A stretch of 32,000 nucleotides of DNA from Faecalibaculum rodentium (GTDB lineage Bacteria > Bacillota_I > Bacilli_A > Erysipelotrichales > Erysipelotrichaceae), in the NCBI RefSeq assembly GCF_001564455.1, contig NZ_CP011391.1, forward strand, positions 360,001 through 392,000, written 5' to 3'. The position numbers were made by a program, and so were the translations under genes. Positions within the stretch are counted from its first letter, which is position 1. Each line of letters opens with the position of its first letter. Shown here in pieces: positions 1 through 11,187 of the stretch. A model generated the notes under the pieces. It saw only the letters and a list, made by a program, of their open reading frames with translations, was not told the origin of the DNA and did not search any database.

Positions 1-69
1 ATCGATGACTGGGGTTAAGTCGTAACAAGGTATCCCTACGGGAACGTGGGGATGGATCACCTCCTTTCT
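1..69 (+). rRNA. rrs: 16S rRNA, 3' terminal fragment (gene starts upstream of the window)
   Basis: Conserved 3' end: GTCGTAACAAGGTA...GGATCACCTCCTTTCT. The anti-Shine-Dalgarno tail ends at position 69. Confidence 0.95.
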
Positions 70-300
70 AAGGAGAAAGTACAGGGGAAAAGGAAAAAGA
101 ACAGAGTGGTTCCTGTCCGGTTTTGGAAGAGTGTCTTCCAGGGTCGATCTTTGAAAACCGTACAACGATATGAAAGACAACAGAAGGTCTGAAGTAAAGT
201 TGTGGAGAAAACAGAAGAAACTGAGAGAAAGAAAAGAACAGTGAAGAAACAGTTCTGAGAAAATATCTCGAAGAAAGCACGAAAAACGTTTGAGAGAATC
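70..300 (+). other. 16S-23S internal transcribed spacer, purine-rich, no tRNA gene
   Basis: Lies between the 16S 3' end and the 23S 5' end. No tRNA-Ile/Ala-like sequence (no GGGCTATAGCTCAG-type start, no cloverleaf arms seen). Strongly A/G-rich on the plus strand. Confidence 0.8.
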
Positions 301-3184
<2,884 letters not shown>

Positions 3185-3278
3185 AAAGAAAGAAGCCCGC
3201 AGCTTTGCGGAAAGACAGGAAACGAAAGACATATCGTGTATGGTTTTCAGAGAATGACCTGAAGACAGGATTCCAGCA

Positions 3279-3300
3279 GTCGCCAGTGGCGGCTTTTTTT
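3279..3300 (+). terminator. Intrinsic terminator closing the rRNA operon
   Basis: GTCGCC-AGT-GGCGGC hairpin followed by seven T residues (3294-3300). Confidence 0.6.
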
Positions 3301-3524
3301 GTATCCGGTGTTTTGAGACAACCGTTGCTGCGACCGATTCGCCTGCGGACCATGTTTACCCTCTTTGCCCGGGCATACAGAGTCCCCCTTTGTGAGGATT
3401 GGCTGTATCCACAGAGATAGGATGACTTGCATCCAATGGATTGAAAGAAATCATTCATTCATCCGACCATTCATCTGTCCGGCTGCATCTTTGGACTCCA
3501 GCACTTTCATCGGACAAATTCCGG

Positions 3525-3553
3525 CTGACTTGCCAGTCAGTTCCCCGTATAAT
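3525..3553 (+). promoter_or_regulatory. Putative sigma-A promoter of the GntR gene with an overlapping palindromic operator
   Basis: CTGACT (-35-like, 3525-3530), 17-nt spacer, TATAAT (3548-3553). The inverted repeat CTGACT-TGCC-AGTCAG (3525-3540) covers the -35 region. Confidence 0.45.
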
Positions 3554-3584
3554 GACAATTGCATATCCACAGGAGGATCGTTCC

Positions 3585-4277
3585 ATGGCCAACCGCAAAC
3601 CCCTGGCACAACGTGCCGCCGAAGGAATTCTGGACTACATACGAACCAATGACATGAAACCGGGAGACCGGCTTCCGACTGAACAGGAACTGACACAGCT
3701 GCTCGAAGTGGGGAGGGGCACTGTGCGTGAAGCGGTCCAGAGCCTTGCGTCCCGCAACATTCTGGAAGTGAGACAGGGAGCCGGCACCTTCCTTTCCGAC
3801 AAAAACGGCATCATGGAAGATCCCCTGGGACTGAGCCTGGAACCGGAAAGCCAGAAAATGGCGCTGGACATGATGGATGTACGGCTCATGATTGAACCGG
3901 AAATTGCCTTTAAAGCCGCCCTCCATGCGACACCCGAACAGGTGCAGGCCCTTCTGGACCAGTGCAGCCGCGTGGAAAAACTCATCAAGGCCAACAAACC
4001 CTACAGAGAGGAGGATGCACTCTTCCACAAACTCATCGGAGAATGCACCGGCAACCTCGTGGTCTCCAGACTTGTCCCGCTGGTCACCTCCTCCGTTGTT
4101 CTCAATGTGGACGTAACCAGAGACCGATACAGAGACCAGACCGTCATCTGCCACAGACAGGTCGCACAGGCTGTGGCAAGACATGACCCCGAGACCGCCA
4201 GACGGGCCATGATCATGCATCTCCATATCCTTCGGTCCGGGATCAGTGATGATATGACCACACCGCTGAATGATTGA
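3585..4277 (+). CDS. GntR-family transcriptional regulator, FadR/FCD subfamily
   Basis: ATG at 3585 lies 8 nt after AGGAGG (3571-3576). N-terminal wHTH (LPTEQELTQLLEVGRGTVREAVQSLASRNILEVRQGAGTFL) and a helical C-terminal FCD-like domain. The 5' extension in the ORF track (3441) lacks an RBS. Confidence 0.85.
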   Translation: MANRKPLAQRAAEGILDYIRTNDMKPGDRLPTEQELTQLLEVGRGTVREAVQSLASRNILEVRQGAGTFLSDKNGIMEDPLGLSLEPESQKMALDMMDVRLMIEPEIAFKAALHATPEQVQALLDQCSRVEKLIKANKPYREEDALFHKLIGECTGNLVVSRLVPLVTSSVVLNVDVTRDRYRDQTVICHRQVAQAVARHDPETARRAMIMHLHILRSGISDDMTTPLND

Positions 4278-4282
4278 GACAG

Positions 4283-4309
4283 ACACCCGCATGGGTGTTT
4301 TTATTTTAT
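4283..4309 (+). terminator. Intrinsic terminator after the GntR gene
   Basis: ACACCC-GCAT-GGGTGT hairpin followed by TTTTTATTTT. Confidence 0.6.
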
Positions 4310-4480
4310 GTTTGCCCACGGAAAACATCCGATAAATATATCCAGAGATACCACAGAAATCCCACAATAAATTTGTGAAAGCGTCTACATTGACACGATC
4401 TGACCGGAATGACATGATGACATCGACAAATACATCAGATGAATTTGACACAGAAACCCATTTCTACGGAGGTAAACGAA

Positions 4481-5527
4481 ATGAGAGTACAGCGATTGTT
4501 CAGACAAGCCCGCATTCCCCTTCTATGCTCGGCTCTGGCCCTTGGCTCAGCCATCTTCCCCGGCTGTGCCAAAAGCGCAGGACCTGATCCCGACAAGCCC
4601 CTGGTGTTCCGGATGGGTATCGTGGATGGCGAAACATCCCCGGTCTATGCAGGTGCCAGAGACATCGCGGAAAACGTCGAACGGAATACTGATGGAAAGA
4701 TCAAAATCGTCGTGGTCACCGGCGGAGCCCTTGGTGATGAACGTGGCTCTGTCGAGCTTTGTTCCCAGGGGGATCTGGACATTGCGTCCGCAGCCAACTC
4801 CGTACTGACCAACTGGATCCCGGAAATGAGCATTCTCGACCAGGCCTATCTCTGGGAGACAGAGGAACAGGCACATGCAGCCGTGGATGGACCGGTTGGA
4901 GAACTGATTGAACAGGCAGCCGAGGAAAAACTCGGTGTCCATGTCATCGGCTACCTGGAATCCGGCTTCCGCGATACCTTCACCACCACGCCCGTCACAA
5001 CACCTGAGGAATTTGCGGGCATCAAGATCCGCACCATGCAGAACCCCTATCACATGGCGGCCTTTGAATCCTTTGGTGCCATGCCGACTGCCATGGCCTA
5101 CAACGAAGTCTTCACAGCCCTGCAGCAGGGAACCATCGACGCAGCGGAAAACGCCGTCAGCAACTGCCTGTCCAACGGCTACTACGAAGTCACGAAAGAT
5201 GTCGTGTTCACGAAGCACGCCTTCACCTATATCCCCGTCATGATGTCCGACAAATCCTGGAACATGATTCCGGAAGACCTGCGAAAGCCCTTCGAGGAGG
5301 GCGTCCGGGAAGGCTGCATCGCCCAGCGTCAGTACCTGAAGGAGACCAACGAGGAAGCCATTGAGGAACTGAAGAAAAAAGGTGTGACGTTCCACGACAT
5401 AGATACATCGGTTCTCAAGGAGAAATATCAGGCAGCGGCCAAAGCCAAGGGATTCACCTTTGATCCCGAATGGCAGGCTGCGGTGGATGAAGTGCTCAGG
5501 GAACACCCGGCACCCAGTGAGGAATGA
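4481..5527 (+). CDS. TRAP transporter substrate-binding protein (DctP type), lipoprotein
   Basis: ATG at 4481 lies 8 nt after GGAGG. Signal peptide with lipobox (AIFPGC). DctP-family body (RMGIVDGETSPVYAGARDIAENVERNTDGKIKI...). Followed by the Q and M subunits. Confidence 0.85.
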   Translation: MRVQRLFRQARIPLLCSALALGSAIFPGCAKSAGPDPDKPLVFRMGIVDGETSPVYAGARDIAENVERNTDGKIKIVVVTGGALGDERGSVELCSQGDLDIASAANSVLTNWIPEMSILDQAYLWETEEQAHAAVDGPVGELIEQAAEEKLGVHVIGYLESGFRDTFTTTPVTTPEEFAGIKIRTMQNPYHMAAFESFGAMPTAMAYNEVFTALQQGTIDAAENAVSNCLSNGYYEVTKDVVFTKHAFTYIPVMMSDKSWNMIPEDLRKPFEEGVREGCIAQRQYLKETNEEAIEELKKKGVTFHDIDTSVLKEKYQAAAKAKGFTFDPEWQAAVDEVLREHPAPSEE

Positions 5528-5529
5528 TC

Positions 5530-6048
5530 ATGAAAAAACTGCTCAACGGTCTGACGTCCGTGGAAAACGTCATCATGGTGGCGGCATTCGCCATCATGGT
5601 CATCTGCACCTTCACCCAGGTGCTGAACCGGAACTTCTTCAAGCTTTCCATGCCCTGGCTGGATGAAGCCAGCACCTACAGCATGATCTTCATGGCTCTG
5701 ATTGGCACGGAGGTCGGACTGCGGGACGGCACACAGATTTCCGTCACGGCGGTGGTCGACAAGTTCTATGGACGGACCAGACAGGTCATCATAATCGTCG
5801 CCAAGATCGTCCTTCTGGTGTTCTCGGTATCCGTGCTGATTTCTTCCATCAAGCTGGTGGGACTCCAGCTCGCTACCGGCCAGACTTCTTCGGCAATGGG
5901 CCTGCCCATGGCGGTTCCGTACTCCGCCCTGGTGATCAGCTTTGCGATGATCGTGTTTGTGCAGACCATCACCACCATAAAAATGATCGTCCGGCTCAAA
6001 GATCCCAACGTTGATACCCCAGATACAAGAGAGGAGAGCGCCGCATGA
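5530..6048 (+). CDS. TRAP transporter small permease (DctQ type)
   Basis: Four predicted TM segments, about 172 aa, located between the P and M subunits. The start is 5530 or 5524; the GAGG at 5518-5521 favours 5530. The stop overlaps the dctM-type start (ATGA). Confidence 0.8.
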   Translation: MKKLLNGLTSVENVIMVAAFAIMVICTFTQVLNRNFFKLSMPWLDEASTYSMIFMALIGTEVGLRDGTQISVTAVVDKFYGRTRQVIIIVAKIVLLVFSVSVLISSIKLVGLQLATGQTSSAMGLPMAVPYSALVISFAMIVFVQTITTIKMIVRLKDPNVDTPDTREESAA

Positions 6049-7325
6049 CAACCGCCCTGCTTCTGTTCGGGTCCATGGCCCTGTTTATCCTGATTGGCGT
6101 CCCCATTGCCTTTGCACTCGGTGCGGCAGTGTGGAGCACCATCGTGTTCAGTCCAGACTTCACGGTGACCGTGGGCATCATTGCCCAGCGGATCTTCGGT
6201 GGTCTGGAATCCACGTCCATCATGGCGATCCCGTTCTTTATTCTGGCGGGCAACCTCATGACCAAAGGCGGCATCTCCCGCCGTCTGGTGAACTTCGCCA
6301 ACTGCATCGTGGGCAATGTCCGCGGGGGCATGGCCCTGGCCCTTGTACTCGCCTGTGCCTTCTTCGCGGCCCTGTCCGGTTCGGCTCCGGCGACGGTCAT
6401 CGCCATCGGATCCATGCTGTATCCGGAAATGGTGCGCATGGGCTATCCCAAGGACCGGACAGCCGGCCTGCTGGTGGTATCCGGCGGCCTGGGCCCCATC
6501 ATTCCCCCCAGCATCATCATGGTGGTCTACGCCACGATCACCGGCGCCTCCATTGGCGATATGTTCTCTTCCGGCATGTTTATCGGCATCCTGATCATGG
6601 TCGTCCTGATGGCTGTGGTTCTCTTCCTTGCCAATAAGGAAAAATGGCCGAAGACCAGCGAAAAGCTGTCCATGAGCGACCTGTGGAAATCCTTCGTGGG
6701 CGCGATCCCGGCGATCCTGCTGCCTGTGATCATCCTGGGCGGCATCTACTCCGGTCTGCTGACCCCGACGGAATCCGCCGCGGTGGCCGTGGTCTGGGCC
6801 CTCATTGCAGGTATGTTCATCTACCGGGAGCTCTCCATCAAGGACCTGGTTCCCATTTTCCTGGACTCCGCCAAGGGCTCGGCCATGATCCTGTTCATCA
6901 TCGCGACGTCCACGGCCTTCTCCTGGATCTTCGCCTACTCCGGAATTTCCGGTGAACTCGTGCACTGGATCCAGGGCATGCACCTGAGTCCGATGATCTT
7001 CTGCATCATCATTGCCGTCATTCTGCTGATCTTCGGCACGTTCCTGGAAGGCATTGCCACCTGCGTGCTGATGGTGCCCATCCTGTGGCCGATTGCGGCA
7101 AGTCTGGGCATCGATGTGATTCACTTCGGTATGATCGTGAGTCTCTCGAATGTCATTGGCACAATGACGCCGCCGGTGGCTGTGAACATCTTCTCGGCTG
7201 CCTCGGTGACGAAGCTGAAGATGGGAGAAATCGTCAAGGGCCAGATCCCGTTCTTCATCGGCTATATCCTGGTGTTCCTGGCGGTCGTCCTGATCCCGGC
7301 GGTCAGCACTTTCTTGCTGAAGTAG
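6045..7325 (+). CDS. TRAP transporter large permease (DctM type)
   Basis: 426-aa polytopic membrane protein with typical DctM features (AIPFFILAGNLMTKGGISRRL...). Translationally coupled to the Q subunit. Confidence 0.9.
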   Translation: MTTALLLFGSMALFILIGVPIAFALGAAVWSTIVFSPDFTVTVGIIAQRIFGGLESTSIMAIPFFILAGNLMTKGGISRRLVNFANCIVGNVRGGMALALVLACAFFAALSGSAPATVIAIGSMLYPEMVRMGYPKDRTAGLLVVSGGLGPIIPPSIIMVVYATITGASIGDMFSSGMFIGILIMVVLMAVVLFLANKEKWPKTSEKLSMSDLWKSFVGAIPAILLPVIILGGIYSGLLTPTESAAVAVVWALIAGMFIYRELSIKDLVPIFLDSAKGSAMILFIIATSTAFSWIFAYSGISGELVHWIQGMHLSPMIFCIIIAVILLIFGTFLEGIATCVLMVPILWPIAASLGIDVIHFGMIVSLSNVIGTMTPPVAVNIFSAASVTKLKMGEIVKGQIPFFIGYILVFLAVVLIPAVSTFLLK

Positions 7326-7520
7326 ACCTCCGTCCGGGCCGTCCTGTTCAGAAGGGTCCAGACCGAGTTCCGGGGCAGACAGAGCTGACCTTCAGATTAA
7401 ATCAGGTCCGTGAACAGCGGTTTTCGTAAGAGACCGTCAGAAGAAACAGGCAATCGCAGACTTCGATGCAAAAGTCTGAAAAACGAATCAAATATCAGGA
7501 ACTAAATAAGGAGAAATACA

Positions 7521-8333
7521 GTGTCCAATATCAATACAGATACAAAGACCCGGCTGGAGAGCTGGAAGGTCCAGTCTTCCGAAGAACCGGGATTTCACAA
7601 AGTCATCACGCCGGACACGGCGGAGTGCCAGGAAGCACAGATCTTCCGCCTGAACCTGCCTGCAGGGCAGAGCCATACGCTGGAATCCGGTGACCTGGAG
7701 CTGCATCCGGTGCTCATTGCCGGGAAAGCGAAGCTCTCAGATCATGACAGACTGGACCAGAAGATGGAGAGGTTTGATTCCTTCTACATCCCCGGGCAGG
7801 ACAAAGTCACCATCACGGCGCTGGAAGACAGCATCTTCTACATCGCCGGAGCGAAATACGAAGGCATCGGACAGCCGATGTTCCGGAAGTTCGATGCGAC
7901 CCTGCCGGTGGGAGACATCCACCAGATCCACGGAAGCGGATCGGGACAGCGGGAGGTCATGATGACCCTGGCACCCGGGGATGAAGCAAGCCGCCTGATC
8001 TGCGGCCTGACCTGGTCAGGGGACGGGACATGGACGTCCTGGCCGCCGCACCAGCACGAGAAGGATCTGGAGGAAGTGTACTGTTACTTCGACATGCCGC
8101 TGCCCAGGTTCGGGTTCCACATCAGCTATCTGAAGAGCGGGGAAGTGGAGGACCTGGTGGCGCATACGGTGCACTCGGGGACGATGGTGCAGGCACCCTG
8201 CGGATACCACCCGACAGCAGCGGCTCCCGGGGGACGCAATGCGTACCTGTGGGTGCTGGCATCCTTCAGTCCGGCCCAGAGAAGCTACGATCTGGCCATC
8301 CCAGATCCGGCGTTCGATCTGGAGAAACAGTAA
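7521..8333 (+). CDS. KduI/IolB-family cupin isomerase (5-dehydro-4-deoxy-D-glucuronate / 5-deoxy-glucuronate isomerase type)
   Basis: GTG start 7 nt after AAGGAG (7508-7513). The metal-binding cupin motif WPPHQHEKDLEEVYCYF resembles IolB/KduI family members. Its position next to kduD suggests a KduI-like role. Confidence 0.7.
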   Translation: MSNINTDTKTRLESWKVQSSEEPGFHKVITPDTAECQEAQIFRLNLPAGQSHTLESGDLELHPVLIAGKAKLSDHDRLDQKMERFDSFYIPGQDKVTITALEDSIFYIAGAKYEGIGQPMFRKFDATLPVGDIHQIHGSGSGQREVMMTLAPGDEASRLICGLTWSGDGTWTSWPPHQHEKDLEEVYCYFDMPLPRFGFHISYLKSGEVEDLVAHTVHSGTMVQAPCGYHPTAAAPGGRNAYLWVLASFSPAQRSYDLAIPDPAFDLEKQ

Positions 8334-8437
8334 ATCAACGACCCTGACGTGCTTCTCAGGAAGGGGCACCGGCCGGGTTGTCTGCAGATATAACGCAATA
8401 TACAGGCAAAAAACAAGAAATGAACAGGAGAATAACA

Positions 8438-9202
8438 ATGAACTTGAATGATTTGACAGGCAAGAAAGCCATCGTGACCGGTGCAGCCCAGGGCCTGTCC
8501 CGGGGCATGGCGGAAGGACTGCTGGAAGCCGGTGCTTCCGTGGTGATCATGGACATCAACCCCAAGGCGGAAGCCACAGCCGAAGAACTGCGTCAGCAGG
8601 GCTATGACTGCCAGGCGGTCATCTGCAACCTGACGGACGATGCCACCCGCGAAGAGAAATTCAATGAAGCCGTGGAAAAACTCGGCGGCCACCTGGACAT
8701 CCTGGTCAACGGAGCCGGCGTGCAGCGCCGCTACCCCAGCGAGGAGTTCCCCCTGGAAGACTTCGATTTCGTCATGGATGTGAACCTGCGCAGTGTGTTC
8801 GCGATGTGCCAGCTGGCTGGACGCCAGTTCCTGAAACAGGAGACCGGCGGCAAGATCATCAACATCGCCTCCATGCTGTCCTTCTTCGGCGGCTACACCG
8901 TACCGGCCTATGCAGCTTCCAAGGGTGCGGTGGCCCAGATCACCAAGGCCCTGTGCAATGAATGGGCCTGCAAGGGGATCAACGTGAATGCACTGGCTCC
9001 CGGCTACATGGCCACGGAAATGAACACCGCCCTGCTGGATCCGGAGAACCCCCGGAACGCGGAGATTACCAACCGGATCCCGAACCGCACCTGGGGAACA
9101 GGCGAAGACATGAAGGGCCCGGTTGTCTGGCTGGCTTCCGATGCATCAAACTATATCAACGGCGCGATCATCCCGGTGGATGGCGGCTACCTGGTGCGAT
9201 AG
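8438..9202 (+). CDS. kduD: 2-dehydro-3-deoxy-D-gluconate 5-dehydrogenase (2-deoxy-D-gluconate 3-dehydrogenase), SDR family
   Basis: ATG at 8438 follows CAGGAG. Close resemblance to KduD throughout (GGKIINIASMLSFFGG...YAASKGAV...NVNALAPGYMAT...RIPNRTWG...VDGGYLVR). Confidence 0.85.
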   Translation: MNLNDLTGKKAIVTGAAQGLSRGMAEGLLEAGASVVIMDINPKAEATAEELRQQGYDCQAVICNLTDDATREEKFNEAVEKLGGHLDILVNGAGVQRRYPSEEFPLEDFDFVMDVNLRSVFAMCQLAGRQFLKQETGGKIINIASMLSFFGGYTVPAYAASKGAVAQITKALCNEWACKGINVNALAPGYMATEMNTALLDPENPRNAEITNRIPNRTWGTGEDMKGPVVWLASDASNYINGAIIPVDGGYLVR

Positions 9203-9218
9203 GCACAGGCAGAAAGGA

Positions 9219-10208
9219 ATGGACAAGGACATGAACGAAAACCTGAAAGTGATCATCACGGACTGCGACCATGACTCCATCCAGATCGAGAAGGATGTAT
9301 TTGAAAAGGCCGGGATCCCGGTGGAGCTGAAGCAGTGCCGGACAGAGGAAGACGTGATCCGGGACTGCCAGGACGCGGATGTGTTCATCGTGCAGTATGC
9401 CCCCATCACCCGGAAGGTGATGGAAGCCTGTCCGAAGCTGAAGTATGTGGTGCGCTACGGTGTGGGTGTGGACACGGTGGATGTGCCTGCAGCGACGGAA
9501 CTGGGCGTGCAGGTGGGCAACGTGCCTGACTACGGGATGAACGAAGTGGCGGATCACGCCATTGCCATGAGCCTGGCGATGCTGCGCAAGATCGTGCCGA
9601 TGAACGAACAGACGAAGACGAAGAAATGGGACTATACTACGGCGATCCCGGTGCACCGGTTCTCGGACCTGACCTGCGGGGTCGTGGGACTGGGACGGAT
9701 CGGACGCAACTTCGCACAGAAGATGCATGCCCTGGGCTTCAGGGTCATCGGCTTCGACCCGTATTTCCGGGAAACCAATGAGACGGCCGTGTATGTGACC
9801 CCTGTGACCTTCGATGAGCTGGTGAAGGAATCGGACATCATCTCTCTGCACTGTCCGGCAGACGGCAACAAAGACCTGTTCAACGAGAAAACCTTCCGGG
9901 ACATGAAGGACAGTGCGCTGATCGTGAACGTGGCCCGCGGCGGGATCATCAACGAGGATGACCTGCTGGAGGCACTGAAGGCAGGCGAAATCGGCGGGGC
10001 AGCGCTGGACTGCATGCTGGGAGAACCGGTGAGTCCGGACAATGAACTGTTCCGGCAGGAGAATGTGATCGTGACGCCGCACATGGCGTGGTATTCCGAG
10101 GAAGCCGCCAGCGAGCTGAAGCGGAAGGTGGCGGAAGAATCCGTGACGTTCCTGGAAGGAAAGCCCATCCGCTATCCGGTCAACAAACCCGAAAAACAGA
10201 GAAGCTGA
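9219..10208 (+). CDS. D-isomer-specific 2-hydroxyacid dehydrogenase (CtBP/GyaR-like), NAD-binding
   Basis: NAD fold GVVGLGRIGRNFAQKMHALGFRVIGFD. Catalytic-region motifs VARGGII and TPHMAWYS. The start is ambiguous (9219 or 9231) and neither has ideal SD spacing. Confidence 0.8.
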   Translation: MDKDMNENLKVIITDCDHDSIQIEKDVFEKAGIPVELKQCRTEEDVIRDCQDADVFIVQYAPITRKVMEACPKLKYVVRYGVGVDTVDVPAATELGVQVGNVPDYGMNEVADHAIAMSLAMLRKIVPMNEQTKTKKWDYTTAIPVHRFSDLTCGVVGLGRIGRNFAQKMHALGFRVIGFDPYFRETNETAVYVTPVTFDELVKESDIISLHCPADGNKDLFNEKTFRDMKDSALIVNVARGGIINEDDLLEALKAGEIGGAALDCMLGEPVSPDNELFRQENVIVTPHMAWYSEEAASELKRKVAEESVTFLEGKPIRYPVNKPEKQRS

Positions 10209-10215
10209 AAGAATC

Positions 10216-11184
10216 ATGAACAAAGAACTTAAAAGCAGACTGCAGACAGCCGGGCTGATCCCGGTGGTCAAAATCGATGAAGCCGGACATGCGGTTCCCC
10301 TGGCAAAGGCGCTGCTGCAGGCAGGCCTGGACTGCATAGAGATCACCTTCCGCACAGACGCTGCAGCAGAGGCCATTGAAGCGGTCCGCAAATCAGGGCT
10401 GGATGTCCTGATCCTTGCCGGGACAGTACTGGATGTGGAGCAGGCAGACCGTGCCAGAAAGGCCGGGGCGGATGTGATTGTGTCTCCGGGGTACAACGCC
10501 AGTGTCGTTCGCTGGTGCCTTGAACAGAACATGCCGGTGGTGCCGGGGATCCAGAGTGCATCAGAGCTGACGGCTGCCGTGAATGCGGGACTGGGATTCG
10601 TGAAGTTCTTTCCCGCTCAGGCCGCCGGCGGGATCCCGATGCTCAAGGCCCTTTCCGGTCCCTTCCCGGCGATGCAGTTCATGCCCACGGGCGGGATCAG
10701 TGAAGACAATTTCCAGGACTACCTGAAACTGCCCCAGGTCATTTGCGCCGGCGGCAGCTGGATGGTTCCATCCAGCCTGATCCAGGAGGGCCGGTTTGAC
10801 GAAATCCAGGCCATTGCCCAAAGTGCCGTGACAAAACTGCTGGACCTGAAGCTGGCTCATATCGGCATCAATGCGGCCGATGAAGGGGAAGCGCATCAAA
10901 TTGCGCAGTTCTTCGAGACGGTGTTCGGCTTCGATGCCCGGGAGAATCCCTCTTCGATTTTCTCCGACACCTATGTGGAGACGCTGAAATCTCCCTATCT
11001 GGGAGAAAAAGGACACATTGCGATTTCCACGCCCAATGTCGAGCGGGCGATGACGTATCTGGAAAAGCGCGGCGTTGCATTCAACCAGGACAGCATCGTC
11101 CGCCGTCCGAACGGGGTGATCCAGGCGGTCTACTTCCAGAAGGAGACCGGCGGCTTTGCGATCCACCTGGTGAGAAAGGACTGA
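10216..11184 (+). CDS. eda: KDPG/KHG aldolase (Eda) with a fused C-terminal VOC/glyoxalase-like domain
   Basis: Residues about 1-205 are a class I Eda aldolase (IPVVKID, IEITFRT, Schiff-base Lys in FVKFFPA, PTGGIS). Residues about 210-322 carry two beta-alpha-beta-beta-beta VOC motifs (LAHIGINAADEGEAHQIAQFFETVFGF; KGHIAISTPNVERAMTYLEKRGVAF). Confidence 0.8.
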   Translation: MNKELKSRLQTAGLIPVVKIDEAGHAVPLAKALLQAGLDCIEITFRTDAAAEAIEAVRKSGLDVLILAGTVLDVEQADRARKAGADVIVSPGYNASVVRWCLEQNMPVVPGIQSASELTAAVNAGLGFVKFFPAQAAGGIPMLKALSGPFPAMQFMPTGGISEDNFQDYLKLPQVICAGGSWMVPSSLIQEGRFDEIQAIAQSAVTKLLDLKLAHIGINAADEGEAHQIAQFFETVFGFDARENPSSIFSDTYVETLKSPYLGEKGHIAISTPNVERAMTYLEKRGVAFNQDSIVRRPNGVIQAVYFQKETGGFAIHLVRKD

Positions 11185-11187
11185 CCT

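Noticed and set aside
3185-3278. Possible degenerate 5S rRNA or tRNA in the 23S trailer, and a possible tRNA in the 70-300 spacer.
   Set aside because: None of the conserved 5S helices or loop motifs are present, and I could not find tRNA acceptor or T-arm patterns. The trailer is also shorter than a 5S gene plus spacer.
5766-7124. Long minus-strand ORFs antisense to well-supported genes: 5766..7124, 9168..10532, 10561..12207, 13810..15360, 23313..25088 and 25235..27190 (up to 651 aa).
   Set aside because: Each lies opposite a plus-strand gene with clear family signatures. Their translations are low-complexity and rich in R, H, G, D and Q, with no motifs. Several span multiple plus-strand genes and intergenic terminators. 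This is the typical stop-codon-poor antisense frame seen in high-GC coding DNA.
7440-7475. The hairpin CAGACTT-CGATGCAA-AAGTCTG between the TRAP genes and the isomerase gene, as a terminator or as a GntR operator related to the 3525-3540 palindrome.
   Set aside because: It is followed by an A-run rather than a T-run on the coding strand, so it is not a plus-strand terminator. Its half-site spacing differs from the 3525-3540 palindrome, so a shared operator is not supported.
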